From Laetmonice hystrix (taxonomy: Eukaryota): DNA of 64,000 nucleotides. Below the pieces are notes generated by a model. The model was not told the origin of the DNA. It did not search any database and saw only the letters and a program-made list of their open reading frames with translations. Below, piece after piece: positions 11,964-25,300 of the stretch. The stretch lies in contig OZ249438.1 of assembly GCA_965235115.1 (NCBI GenBank), forward strand, positions 30,504,001 through 30,568,000, written 5' to 3'. Both the position numbers and the translations under genes were made by a program. The first letter of the stretch is position 1. Each line of letters starts with the position of its first letter.

Positions 11964-14750
11964 GTGAGTCATATATTCTGCCTAGAACCAGGATCGACGA
12001 TAAATTCTCAGTCTCTTTTCAGGTTAGTTTTGTAGACCAAAGTTTGGCGATATTACAAATCTATCAGAAAACAAAGATGGCGAAGGGATTAATTTGGTGC
12101 ACGAATTTTCAGTGAAGTGTGTTAATATTTAATATTGTGGATTGCTCTAGAATATTTGCACATTGTTCTCGGAACCTTCTGTTACGATTAGTGATGGATA
12201 GGCAAAGTCTTTGATGTCTTGACCGATGATTGCCTTACCTTGCCCATCTCCTGAGGATACAGAGGTAAATGTGTATCACCATAGCAACAGTTTACTCACC
12301 GTGGTAACTCTGGAGGCAGGTGGCGACTTCATACGCTACACCTGAGTAATGCTTTGGAGTGGTTGCCACACAAAAAGTTGACTCATAGGTCTCAGAGGGG
12401 ATTGTGGTCGGACCGAGACACAACATGTTGCGCTAAGTCAGACGGGACCTCGTTCACACGCAACGAGCAAGCCTCATCTTGCGTGTCCATGCCAACTCTC
12501 GTGCCATGGCCGTGGTATGCTGCAGCTTGCTGTAATTGAAAATCGGAGGGTGGGGGGTGGATGAAGAAAAGGGTCAAACTGTCCAACTTTCAAGGAATGG
12601 ACGCAGTTCTGTTATCTTGCGTGTCATTGGTTACTTAGCAACCAGTTACTGGGCAACTATACGTAACATTTTGTTCTGTGTTAGTCCTTGCTAAAAACAG
12701 GTGCATCGTGGAACTTAAAGGATAAAAAAGCCCTTGGTGCATTTTGTATTTTTATCTCCCTGTTCATAATAAAATAACCTCTAAACATGCCAGTGAGACT
12801 AAAACACAGTTATGTATATTTTTCCATGTTTTACTCTCTTGCGTTCTATTATAATGAGAAATCAATGTTTAAATAATGCCTTTTCATTAGTAAAAAAAGG
12901 GATCATCTAAACATTTGATCTTTCAGCACTTTTCGAGGAAATATTGAAAAGCTCTATCAAATGGAGCATGAGGTTGATAAATTATGGAAATATGAAACAT
13001 CTCTAAATCCAATTTTGACACATTTTAATGTGTTAGAAATGCTTAGTTTGTAGGAGAATTGATTTTACATTTAATAGTTGAATGTTGGGAGAAAATGATT
13101 AAGAGTGCTGCGAGTATTTCGCGTGCTTCTATACTTTTCTATTTATTACAACTTACGAGATCTCATGAAAAATGCAAGGAGATGATAGGAAGAAAAAAGA
13201 CTGAGAAGTGAAAACTGCCGTGGTTGTAGCATAGCACCATAGTTATGGAAGGCAGATGAAGAGAAGCAGGCTGAATTATTTGTGAAGTTCAGTTTACTCC
13301 TCTGTTTGTTTTTCACACCAGAGTTTGGCTTTCAGTGGTCAACGCCCCCTCCCGTCAGGCCAAGGTACCAGTAACAGAGAATGTCCAAGATGTTGGGCTC
13401 TCAGGTGACACACTTGAATCAATTCAAGAACTTGATCGGCCGCTCGACAAACATGTCCACTGCAAGGGACGCCTTGGTTTGTTAAAGGCGAAGCATCAAA
13501 TTCACTCGTATGACAAAAGCTGAGGAAAGAATCCCTATGTTTGACCTTAAAACGAATTATGCAGGTTAACCCGGACTTGACACTGGTCAACATTTGGCGA
13601 GTCCTCGAGTCATCTGAGATGTTAGTGTGGTCAACAGGTATGTTAGCTAAGGCTACTACTGGTTAGTGACCAGTTCGGTCAATGTGATCGGTCAGTCCCA
13701 GGTACCAGATCGGTTAGTTCTGGTAGCAAGTAGAAGAGTGTAAGCAAAGGTGTGACGACGGCAGATGAAACCATTGCCGTGAGTTGAGCTGCCCTTGGTG
13801 GCGGGAGCTTTCATTGGGACTGTCATAAGGTATAGGTTTCAGGATCCTATACACATGAACACTTGATATACACATGCTCGTTAACATCTTTCCATTTTCC
13901 ATAGAGTTTAGTTTTCAACATGTCAAAGATTCCCATAATAATATGCCAGGGTTAAGGTGGGGAAAACAAAAAAATTAATTGTTTAAAACAAAAAAACAAA
14001 AAAAACCACGGTGTTGGAGCAGTGGAGCACCTGTCTGGAGATGGTGGCACGTGGCGGGCTGGGGCAGGCGTACCTCAGTGTCGCCGGTCGATCAGGGATG
14101 TCCCGTCCGACTGGCCATAGCAGCCAGCCAGGTGAACCGACCCACGGTCCCCATTGGTGGATCTCGCCCGCTGCTAGTTTAGAAGGCGGGATCTAATTGG
14201 CCAGTCGGGTGCACCTGTCACCCCAGAACTAGAGCCCGTCTAACAGGAAGGTGACAGCCGGCACGCGAGCTGCCAGGCTGGGTGGGTGGGCGGATTGCGG
14301 GCCAGTAAAGGGAGGGGGATTTAACCCTCCAAGGGTGGTTCTCAGGTGGCGGATGTCTGTCCTTGTGCTTGCTAAATGGTGACACTAGACGTGTACTGAC
14401 AGACGGGGAGGGCAAGAGAGACGTGGGGGGGGGGGGGGGGGGGGACGTGGACACAAGTCAGTGCCTATGTCGGTCAAACCTCATATAGTAGGTATCTGTG
14501 CCTGTCTGTACGTGAACCCCTGAGGCAGCATGATTTTCTTAAAATCTATCTATTATACGACATATCACAGTAGTTTTCCTTTAGGGATGTAGGGATCCTG
14601 TAGGGCTGTGGGACATGAATGGAAAAAAGTGGTAGAATGATGGAAACTACATACGCCAAACGGCCATTTAACCTATTGGAAAGGACTGGAGCCGCTAGAT
14701 CTCGCTCACTTTCACCTAAATTGTAGCTTTTTATTCGGCAGGGTTCCTGC

Positions 14751-14873
14751 ACTTCACCCTGCCTATACTCAGTCTACCTTCGTGTCAGTTTACTTCACCC
14801 TGCCTATACTCAGTCTACCTTCGTGTCAGTTTACTTCACCCTGCCTATACTCAGTCTACCTTCGTGTCAGTTT
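14751..14873. repeat. Tandem repeat, 41 bp x 3 identical copies
   Basis: Unit ACTTCACCCTGCCTATACTCAGTCTACCTTCGTGTCAGTTT starting at 14751, 14792, 14833. Confidence 0.97.
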
Positions 14874-16429
14874 GTCTCCTAGTCAGTTTATCTTTCACCC
14901 CTAGACACGTGATCCACGTGGATATGCCACTCGCTGTGCATTGTTAAGAGCGTGGATGAAATCGTGGGAGCCGTTTTGATGCGCCCCACGCTGAGACCGG
15001 CACTGGGGTGTTTGTAGCTGTGAGTAATAATAGCATGACTGGTTGGTATTCCACACACGCTGGGCAGAGAGAATTTTCCCGCCAATATCCTAACCGCCAC
15101 ATGTTGGATCCTCGAGGTTACTTCTTGCCTTCAGCCCACCTGTCCGTCAGACCACACCTGTCTGACCCAGGTCGGGATGCCAACTGATCGGACCAAGGTT
15201 GTTCATTTTAAGGCCGTCATTCCCATTACCACACATTCTAAAACGTCATGGAAGTGACAACTAATAATATCATGAATGGAGTTTTGTGAGCAAACTCTCT
15301 TTCATATCATTTATGAATTTTTTTACTGAGTATGTAAAATATTTCCATTTCGCTGATTCAAAATTCAAATTCATTATGTAAATATTCATTATGTTTATGA
15401 AAGTGTCGCTGCATGGCCGTCTTCGAAAAATGGTGTGACATAATTATGGACAGAACAATTTTCCTTTGAAAGTAACTTATCTGATCTTATGAACAATAAT
15501 TAATTTTCCGCCAATCTTGTGTTCTGTAAGGACCTTAAGAGTTTAATGAAACGCCAGTGGGTGAAATGGATAAATGAGATGAAATATGTTTGTTATTTTC
15601 AAAGGCAACCACTCCTCTTATACAAGAGCATTCAATGCTCCCTACGTTCTCATTCACGATTACAAAGAGTACTCTTTCATCTTGAGATTTCTCGCGTCTA
15701 TCGGGACCACTAAATAGCAGCCTTAATGGGCGTGTCATTCCACCTTATGTGTGCACCCTCACCGGCCTCAAGCACCACCTGTGATTGGTAACCTTTGATC
15801 TTTGGCCTCGAGCCCTCCGCTCAAGGCCTTGTGCCTTACCCTCTGGACGGGCCTATATTCTCCGAGCCGTGGTAACATTTACACACTATACACCCGGTCA
15901 ACAGAATCTAGTCCGAAAGGCCCTCTCCCCTCCACTGCGGGACTCGCCACGGTGTATGGACTTAACCTAGTGGGGCGGTTTCAATAGAGATGACAGCCTA
16001 AATATAATAGGCACCCAGGTAATATAGTTTACCGAATGAGTCATTTCCTTCATATCAACTAAAATAGATCTCTAGAGCAGAACGTCGTATTTCTTACGAA
16101 TGCAACGAATCCACTTATAATGCAAATATCAGTAAGCACCGCACCAAGTATTGTTAAAGAAAAAGGCAGTATTCTATGAAAGTTTGGACGCCGGGAGAGT
16201 GTGTTATTCACCTCTGCCAGACTAAATCGAATTTCTTTCAGTTTGATGTCATTGTGTGTTTTGGATAGTGTCTGGTGATTCTGTATGTTGGTTAAGGTTG
16301 GTAAATATTACAAAACGCTTTCTTGGGAAAGGTTTAGGCTGTATAGGAAGGTTGTCTCTGGCCCCTATCCCATCCCTGTAAACCATAGGAAAAGTGTGGT
16401 AAATCGTTGTTTAGACTACCTAAGAGAAT

Positions 16430-16610
16430 GTGTTGTTGACACTGATGAAGCAGAGAAATGCCATGTTGTAATCACTTGTAAAGAGCCAAAGTTATAGTGC
16501 CTTATTGGTGGTAGAGTGCTGGGCTTGTTGATTTGTAAGGACAGCCCATTGGTCATATTGGTGGTGGGATTCTGATGATGAGTTCGACCAGATACCCAGT
16601 AGATTAGGAG
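16430..16610 (-). mobile_element. Decayed CR1-type LINE 3' tail
   Basis: LSLQINKPSTLPPIRHYNFGSLQVITTWH resembles the CR1 C-terminal pattern LQxxxPRTxxRKYSFFxRVIxxWN. Confidence 0.35.
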
Positions 16611-17099
16611 AGTCCCCATCTATAAGTTGTGAGGATAAGTTAACATAAATTGGACTAACAGTGTTTATCTACTCCAGGGCTATGTATTAAAACGCGCAAT
16701 GGTTCGCACTACGTGAATGATTGTGATAAATTTGTTATCAGGTGTTTAACGGAACTCAACCTCGAGGTGTCTATAGAAATCTTGAAGGCAGCTCGTGATG
16801 ATATATAATGATTATATTGACAGAAGAAATATAAACTCTTACAATGTTGATAATGTTAGAGTGATAGTAATAGCAGTTCAGTAATATTAAATGTTAATGA
16901 GAATAATAATTACCTGACCGATAACAGCAGAGAACAGTCAGAGCTAGTTTACTGAGTGTATGCAGCTGCTGCACTAATACTCTAATCTCAAATATCAGTG
17001 TCAACCGCTGTCACGTTCTCTCTCCAATCCAAACTTTGATAGCACCATTCCTACAACTCGACGTCCAGCTGCATGGGCATGCCCGCCAGCTAGCAATGA

Positions 17100-17260
17100 A
17101 ATTAGATGGGAATTTAAATTAGAAACTGAAAATTGAATGTATTTACCTTTTCCCTAAAGTGACAGATGTTACCAAAAGAGAACAATACGCATAATTTCCA
17201 CAACTCATCCCTGGGGACCAATTATAAATGTCATTCACCTAGATGAGCATGAAATGGCGT
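17100..17260 (+). mobile_element. Decayed CR1/L2-group RT C-terminal remnant
   Basis: From 17170 reads YQKRTIRIISTTH, similar to the conserved LQKRAIRIIS motif; stops follow. Confidence 0.4.
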
Positions 17261-20200
17261 AGATCAGGTTAAGCATCCCGTCCAACCTTACCCGACACCC
17301 GAGAAAAATGAATTCCATAACTTCATGAAAATAATGCAATACCAACAAATTGCTACTGGTGACCTTGATAGCGTGTCCCAGCGCGACCCTTATGAACAGG
17401 TGCTTGACCCTATTGTGGTATCTATTGTATCATCCTCACGTGCCTTGTCTAGGGCCTGTCACCACCATCCACCCGAGTGATGCTCATTTAGATGATTATC
17501 CAAGATAACCCACCACAACCCGACACCCGGAAAATTGGCCCTGATCCTAGCCATGGCCCGCTCGACTGGACTCTCAACCCTGACGAACCCTAATTGTCCG
17601 AATTGGCAACAGTGGCCTCTCGGATGGACAGATTGATAAGATAACCACCAGGTGTGTTTGGAGATGAATACTTTCGTTGAGGTTTGATACTGGTGGGCGC
17701 ACGCTGTTTAAAGGTGACAGAGTAATTGGTTGTTCACGTACATCATAACCTTCCCTACCCCCACCACCACCCGATCAACACAACCGTCCCCCGTCCATAG
17801 TGCACACCTGGATCACTAAACGCTGTTTACCCGTTTATTGCGCTCTGTTTGCCCGTAATTAGGGATGACAGTCAACGCAGGCAAATAGTAATTACCTGGA
17901 CACATGAACGGGCTCGCTGAGAGGGGTTCTGCTATAGGGGGGTCGGTATGTGGGGGTATACTGATCTCGTATGATGACAGAGTCGTACTTTGATTTCAAA
18001 GCGTATCCTACTTGTGCAATTTGTTGAGAGTATGTTGTCCCATATTGGTTTAGCTTTGGTCTTTAAGAGAAATGAGCATATGAACTCTTGCATGGAGCGC
18101 AGGGCATTATTGTGGGCATAGACCTATGTTCGTAATATGTTGTGCACAGCTAGCCTTTGATGCTAAGTGTTCGGACACGGCGACATATACAGACTGATTT
18201 CCTCCAGAACAAAAGCCATGAGTTACGACCAACCCCACCGTCAGTGGGTGCTCAATTTGTTTACGAACAAGGTCGTCGACGGTTGTGCCACAGGTCATCA
18301 GACTGCCCTCTAGCGGCAGTAGTATGTAACTGTCAGTGATAGCAAATAGGCAATGTCCTGCACTGCTTCCTCCTTAACCTGACGCCCGCATAACTTTGAA
18401 GACCTGATATTGTGGTTTAGCTTTTATGAAGGTATTTTGTGTACCCCCCCCCTAGATTAAAACTAAACTTCAGACATTAAATATCGGAGACTATAACATT
18501 CTTAGAAATATTGGTGGGAATTTAGGGGGATATAATGGAAATTAGCCAGGCCCATGGGCATCTTGCACAATTAAAACTGTGAAATATGTTAAAATTAAAT
18601 ACTACGGTAAAATACTTGAACATTTGTCATAAACTTATTACAACACTAAAGTAATTGTAAAAACAACGTATTGATAAAGTGTTTATAATTGAGGATGAAA
18701 AATTCAGTCGAGATAAGATAAGGAATGACGGCTAGCCTGCCGACATGTTTTTAAAGTGAGGTGCTCTACCTCATCATCTCTGATAATTGTATGAGTACGG
18801 CAGCAAGAATAGCATGTTTTCAGTGAAGATTTTATCTTCTCAAAACCTCAAGTATATTTTGTCTTTAAAAGGAAAGCTTTAAAAAAATTAGGGAGCGCAT
18901 GGTTGGCCCGGGGAAGGGAAACGATTTATAGAAATATTGGGCTTGAGACTACAATGGTTTCAGTATGCTGCACGCAACATTATTCGAGACACAAGTATAA
19001 TTTATATTACTCGTCTAAATTTGTATTTAAAAAAAAATGGAACATTGCCGGTTGTCAGGCGACGGAGAGTGTAGCGGAAGGGCACAGCCAGAAGGCAAAA
19101 CACTACTTATATAATGTGTCCACCGCCTCTGTTCTCATAGGGTAACGCTTTAAATAGGCTACCTTTGAACTGTTTACAGTAGTGTGTACAATTTCACTTT
19201 AAAGAAGAAAGTTCGGTTTAGTACTAAATATTCTATTGGCATTCTTAGAACTGGTCAGATGCTTGCGAAGAGGGCTGCTGGCGTAGTTGCATGGTTTAAT
19301 ACTAGGTGTCAGCACCGAGTGTCCACGGAACCTACCGTGTAGGCAGGTCGGGTAGGACAGATGTTGGCTGCATCTGTTCGGCTATTCACTCCACTGACTC
19401 ATAAAGGAGGCAACTTTTTCACCCCTCCCACAATGAAGAAATGCTCACAGACGCGCAGAAGGAACAGCAAGGCCCAAAAGAAGCAGGAAACTGGAGAGAG
19501 GAAGAGCATTTTCTCAGACCTTTCTCTGCCTAAGTTGAAAATTGTTGTCTGTGAGCATAGGTCACCTGGATGATTTGCGTGCTTTACCTGAAATTCGAGT
19601 GGAGAAGTGAACAGAATAGCGGCACCACAGAGGTGTTTCCTTACGGGTCCCATGAAATTCACAGTGTTGTTTACGTAACAATGTACACTGTGGAAGTCTC
19701 AGGGTGGTGAGGTGGCGTGATTCGAGGAAAAAGATGGTGAGGCCGAGCAGACCAGGCAGAGAGTTCAGTCTTGTAGACCTCCACGAGACTGTCTCGCTAA
19801 TGATAGGTTGTCATTGAAGCAGCCACCCTGCTATTTTTTGTCAACATTGACCCACAAAAAGTGCCACAGATGTGTGTTGACTGTGGGTAAGTGTCTCAGC
19901 ATTGATTTTGCTGCTGATGTTTGCCGCCGGTGCAGGGCTATTTAGCAAAGGCTGATGCCAGGGTCCCGGCCCTGAGGCTAGAATGGTGGATGGAGCATAA
20001 TATGCCCCCAGACACTCTCAGCCCACCCAACCCCCGTCCCGTATAAACCCTCCACAGGTGCTGGAATGAAGAAGGTATAGAAGTATTTGAGGCCCCAGGG
20101 TTGGGAGTTCTAACAGATGGCGGGCAGTGAGAAGTACTACTTGGAGTACGACGTGATGAGTTGGTAACTACGCACCTGACGAGGCTTCTGCAGCGTTCGG

Positions 20201-22123
20201 ACCTGGACCAGTACTGTACAGGGAATAGAGTCCTTGAAAGAAGTGTCATGCATCCCTTCAAAGGAGAAATTTATTTATATAATGTTGAGGTGGGGATGGG
20301 GGCTCCAACATTGCCGTGGGCTCAAACTTCCGGAAACTTCCACTGCCCCAGGGCCAGGAAAACGGATGAATCAGTAAGATGTTCAGCTTGGAAAAGGGAG
20401 GGGATAAAAGTGGGAGACAGTGGGTTAGGGTAATGGACAAGGACAGAAAGGAAAAGGAAAGGACAACAGTGGTTAATATGAAGGAAAGAACCGGCACAGG
20501 TTTTAAAGGCTAGAGTTAAACCTGTTACAATTAGGATAGCCATACCTTTACCGATAGATTGTTTTGCGGGTTAGCCTTGGCTTTAATCAGTTTAAGTTTT
20601 TCTAGATCATTCGATTTTGTAGCGATGACCCAGTAAACTTACGCTTCTACTTGCTGGACCTTTGCCAGGAATTGTCTTTTTAATCAACGGTCACATCTGA
20701 CATTGAATTTTAAAGGGAGGGGAGTGAAATTTATAACACTCTGGGGATCCGGTGTATAGGGCAGAGCATTGCTGATTTCCACGGGACCTTTAAAGACCAC
20801 ATCAGGTATTAATGATCAATCTATCAACTGTCACCCAACATCACGCACAGTTAGCAAACATAGCCAAGTGGCAGTTTTAATTGTATTGGAAGGCCAGTGT
20901 GTTCAGTGATCACTTGTGGGGAGGGTTGGCGGTGATTTTCGGGTTTGTCGGAGTGAGTCGGGCAGAGCGCTGGGTTTACAACTCTCGGGGGTATACATGT
21001 ACCCCACTGGAACATTTCCATGAAATTAGGGGGGAGGGGGGGGGGGCTTGAGCAGGGTTAGAGCAGGGGATAGGTTTGCTGATTTTATTTATTTTTTGTA
21101 TAATTAATAAATTAATTTTTATTTTTGAGGTACCATGAGTTCAGATTAAGTTAGGGGCTAACAAGAGTTGTTACCCCCAAGTTCCGTGCAAGTATTACCA
21201 CTGGGGATGTACGACTGAATGACGTGCGAACACTCAGGACGGTTCGTTTACTGCTACATGTTCTGGTAGGCAATGGACGCGGGGTCAGCATGGAGCTGAT
21301 GAATAGTTAACGGGTTGAAACACTGCTGAGAACTGGCCAGGCGATGGTGTGACAGCCATTCAGGTTGTAGGTCAGGAAATCATGCCTTTAAATTTCAAGA
21401 GGGATGTCAGATTTGGATCTTGGATAGAGAGCATTGACGTCTAGTCAATAACGTTGACCTGACCCGGGCATAAAATGATACACTGATTGAAATTCTCTGA
21501 GAAACAAGTCGAATTACTCCGTATATATCAGAATCAAAGCTATTATCTTTGGACAACACAGGTGTTCTATCTTTCCAATTTTAGTGAAAATGTATTGAAT
21601 TAACGAAAAATTTATTACGGGTCAAAGGTGATCTCATTTTGTCAGGTCCCAGCCTGGCCGTCCATATTGAGTTTGACAGCTGCGAACGACTGCAGCCTAA
21701 AGCAAGGTCAGAGTTACATCATACGTCAGTCATTGAGCAGATTGAAAGAGAAAGGCAATAGAGAGAACAAAGAATACAATCGTCTGTCAATGTGTTTTGT
21801 CAATATTGTATGAGGAATAGGCATTAATTACCGCTCCGTATTTTCGTTACATTCTCCCTATGTTCATGGTTGACCTGCCCGTTGGCAGTCGATGCTGTTG
21901 TTGTTCTGTTGTCATGGACACCAGTGGGTGTCATGGTTACCCGATACCTGGCGTTCAACAGATGGTAGTGTGGGCGAGGTTGCAGTTAATTTGTCATGAT
22001 TCCCAACTTTTGTCTTGGCTGACAGCAGCAGCACGGCTGATGGCGGGCACCAGATTGTGGTCAGTCTGTTGGTACCTTCTCTGGACCTAAGCTGGAGCTG
22101 CTATCAGTTTAATGGACATGATA

Positions 22124-22336
22124 TCATTGCCAGTGGAGAGTCTGCCAAGTCACGTGTGGAAACAACCTTGGTAATAGATTATTGAAAACTTGATCGATAA
22201 AACCTCTGTCACACAAACTGAATTCATTTAATCTCCATCCTAATCCTGGGTCCTGGCTAGAAATGTGTACAATAAAATTTGTAATATTGATTATGTTCGT
22301 GCTTAGAGAACTCCCTCTTTTAACCTTTGCAGCCAC
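22124..22336 (-). mobile_element. Tx1/L1-type non-LTR retrotransposon ORF2 remnant (linker after the APE domain)
   Basis: DPGLGWRLNEFSLCDRGFIDQV...VTWQTLH matches the L1/Tx1 pattern GPGxWKLNxSLLxDxxFxxxV...LWxxLK (W, R/K, L, N, L, D and F at identical spacing). Confidence 0.55.
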
Positions 22337-25300
22337 CTCCGGAAGTACTTTATTTGAGTTCCTCTGTTTTATGTTTTAGGAGAAGGAGCGTATTTGCTGT
22401 TTTTTAACTTTTTTATTGTCTGCTTGTGTTTTGCTAGTGTCTGTGTCACGGTAGCTCCGTTCCCATGGTGTTGCAGCAGGCTCGCCCGGCTTCATTAGCC
22501 ATGCCTTCGTTTGCACACCTGAGAACCTCACCGATAATATGAACACACTGACCACAAGGAGGGTATTTACACAATGACATCTGTGTCATGGGTTTTTTTA
22601 ATGTTTTTAAATTTTAATTGCTCAACAAAAGTGTATTTGTCTATCCCAGGTCCTCAATGGGTCGTGGGCAATTTCCTAGAAAGAAGTAACTTCCTTCGAA
22701 AGCTGTGTAATGGGCTCTATTTCAGAAGATGCCCCGAAGAGATTGAGTAATTGTGTTATATACAGTAAATGGTTGAGTCAAGTATTAACACAGTCAAGCA
22801 TTCCCTTATTCCGGGTTACACCATTCTGAGGTAATGGTTTTGTAATGACGAGTTAGAGTGAAATATGAAGAAAGGGAAAGCAAGACGAGCCATGCGTCAG
22901 TTGGCGGTAATCGAAGGAGGGTAAGCATCTCTTGGCGACCCCCTGCTGGTGCCAAGTGTGGCCCTTCCTCATTGTCTCCAGGGTGTGAGGTCCAGGTGAA
23001 ACGGATGTCCTAGTAACGTCACGTCTGATACCATCCACTTTGAGCTGACCCTCGTGCCACTGACCGTATCTGTGCACCTCCCGCGGTGGTGTTACCCCAC
23101 CACTCACACCGGGGGGAACGGCAAAAAGTGCCAGTCCACCGGTAATGGGGAGGAGGTGACAGTTTCAGCCCCAAAGGGCACGAGGTTCCTCCCCTGTGCT
23201 GACTCCATGGAAATTATACATAGCCCGAAGGTCTTCTTCCGCTAGTATCAGATATTAAGACAGATTTGATGGCAGGTACTATGAAGGAGTGCACTTTGGA
23301 GAGAGCGTATCGCTGCTGGAACGGCAGCATCCACTATCTGTTGTTGGAGCCACACCTGCCACAGACCACCCAACTCTCACCTGAAGGAAGATGCTACCTG
23401 TTGTTGAGTCTGTCAGGATGGCAGTGATATCATTAAGACGATATCTCCCGAGGTGTTTGACATACATGTGATTGGCGTGATATTCTTGGACGATTCACTT
23501 CCGTCCAGTTTAAATTACTGTTCTCTCGAGCATTTCTTATCTATACAACTCCCTTTGACACTCTCTATCTCCAGGTCTGCGGACACGCTTCTATAAGTAA
23601 ATAAGATGAATAGTATTCCTAAATATCCACGGCATATCGGGAGAACAGGTAGAAAGTCATAGACGTAGACAGCACGGTTTTATAACAAATTCGCCGATTT
23701 GGAGAAGTCAAAAAGTTACTACTAATACATTGTACATGCGTTACGGTAGTGAAATGTCAATGTTGGGTGCCAGAAAGTGTTGCCTCTGAAAGGGTTGGAT
23801 GTAGCTCTGAAGTACCCGTACAAGCTGTTAGATTTAACCACAACTTTCCTAATTGACTTGCTGGACAATTGGCTCAGTGGGATCCCTGTTAAGCAGCTTG
23901 ACTCAGTGGGCCTTGCCATTCGACCGACCATTATCCAAATTGACCCCAAGAACAAACTTAATTGCTTAAGTGAATTCTTCTTTGCTTGTCCACAGTTGGG
24001 GTCATCGATGTTTCTAAATATCTCTTTATTTATGGTATGAGAAAGCACTTGCCCTTTTTCATCGATGCATATTTTTGGAGTGTATGCCTTGGCCTAGAGT
24101 TGATAAGCACCGAGTACTTTAACGGAGGCTGGAGGGGGGTCCTTATTCATTAAATTCTGACTAACAAAACCATTGTTTGAGGGGCTCTACAATTTTTAGA
24201 CGGGGGCTGGGAAATTTTCAATGCATCGGCATGCGTATAGTCAAATAGCTCTCCTGACAACAATCTAGAATTGATGAACACGTTCGAAAGATCTTGTTAG
24301 AGGACAGAATTTTACGGGATAGGAAAATGTTGGAAAACAGTTTTGATCAGATAAATATGTAACTGAAATTTTACATACAGGACATTTCTGGCTAAGTGTC
24401 GCCCAGGCAAGTCCCGTTTTTCAGTGGTTTGTATGTTGATAGGGTCCTCACCCCCCGCCCCCCGGTCTAGCCAACCCCTCTCTCTCAAGGATCGACCAGC
24501 TGCTTATACCTAGGGGTAGTTCATTAAAATTTCTTTATCTGGTTGTTTTCTACAGAATAAACACTTCTGCTCAATATGTGCAGGTTTCCCTGGCGTCCTT
24601 TGATGGTTATGAACATTTGAAGTTGGTTGAGTTAAAATTTTGCGAAAAATGCAGGGGTTTCCTCCGCACTATCCATGTGATTTATTCAAACCTTGACAAA
24701 AGTGATTTGAGAGATGAGTGTTGAGTAGAAAAGGCTGTTTGAGAAGCCGACCGACCCATTGTAGTGGTCAGTGTCGGTGTGCCTTCCACGGTACCTGATT
24801 CTTTATATTGACCACTCGGTGAGGCGGGGCGCGTGAGGTGTAGATTTTCTGGTAATTGTGAGCCCCCCCCCCCAAGGGTCCTCCCAGTTACCCCCTGAAG
24901 TATTGCCCATCGCGCCTTTTGTGGTCCTATGTTCGTCACCTCTCTATTATCGGCTCCCTTTATTGGGTATCTAATGGGGACTACTTTTTTGCGAAGCAAG
25001 CATCAGACTGGAGGCGCCGTCAGGGAACGGACCAGGTGTTTGGACGCTGCCTAACTAACCCAAGCAAGGTGGAGCTGTTCTTAAGTGGTCAGCCTCGCAT
25101 TGTCACTGACCATTGTCCAGCCCTAAACCTACCCCGCCCTGGGGGGAAATCACAGGGGGTGAGGACGCGATGCCAGGGAGAAAAGATATCTCGCACGGCG
25201 CGCACGTGTCAAAGATGTTGCGATAGCGTCTCTGGCACGTCTCTGATGTTCCTCAGAAGTGTGCGTCATCACACGAGACCTCATACCGTTAATCTACCAC

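Noticed and set aside
20709-20794. TTTAAAGG...CCTTTAAA, a possible Kolobok-type mini element
   Set aside because: The inverted repeat is only 8 bp and AT-rich, so plausible by chance.
22630-23070. Strong-looking splice sites (cccag at 22649, GG|gtaagc at 22921, ctccag at 22981) suggesting a nested gene
   Set aside because: All frames after the 22981 acceptor stop within 11 codons, and no coherent protein can be assembled.
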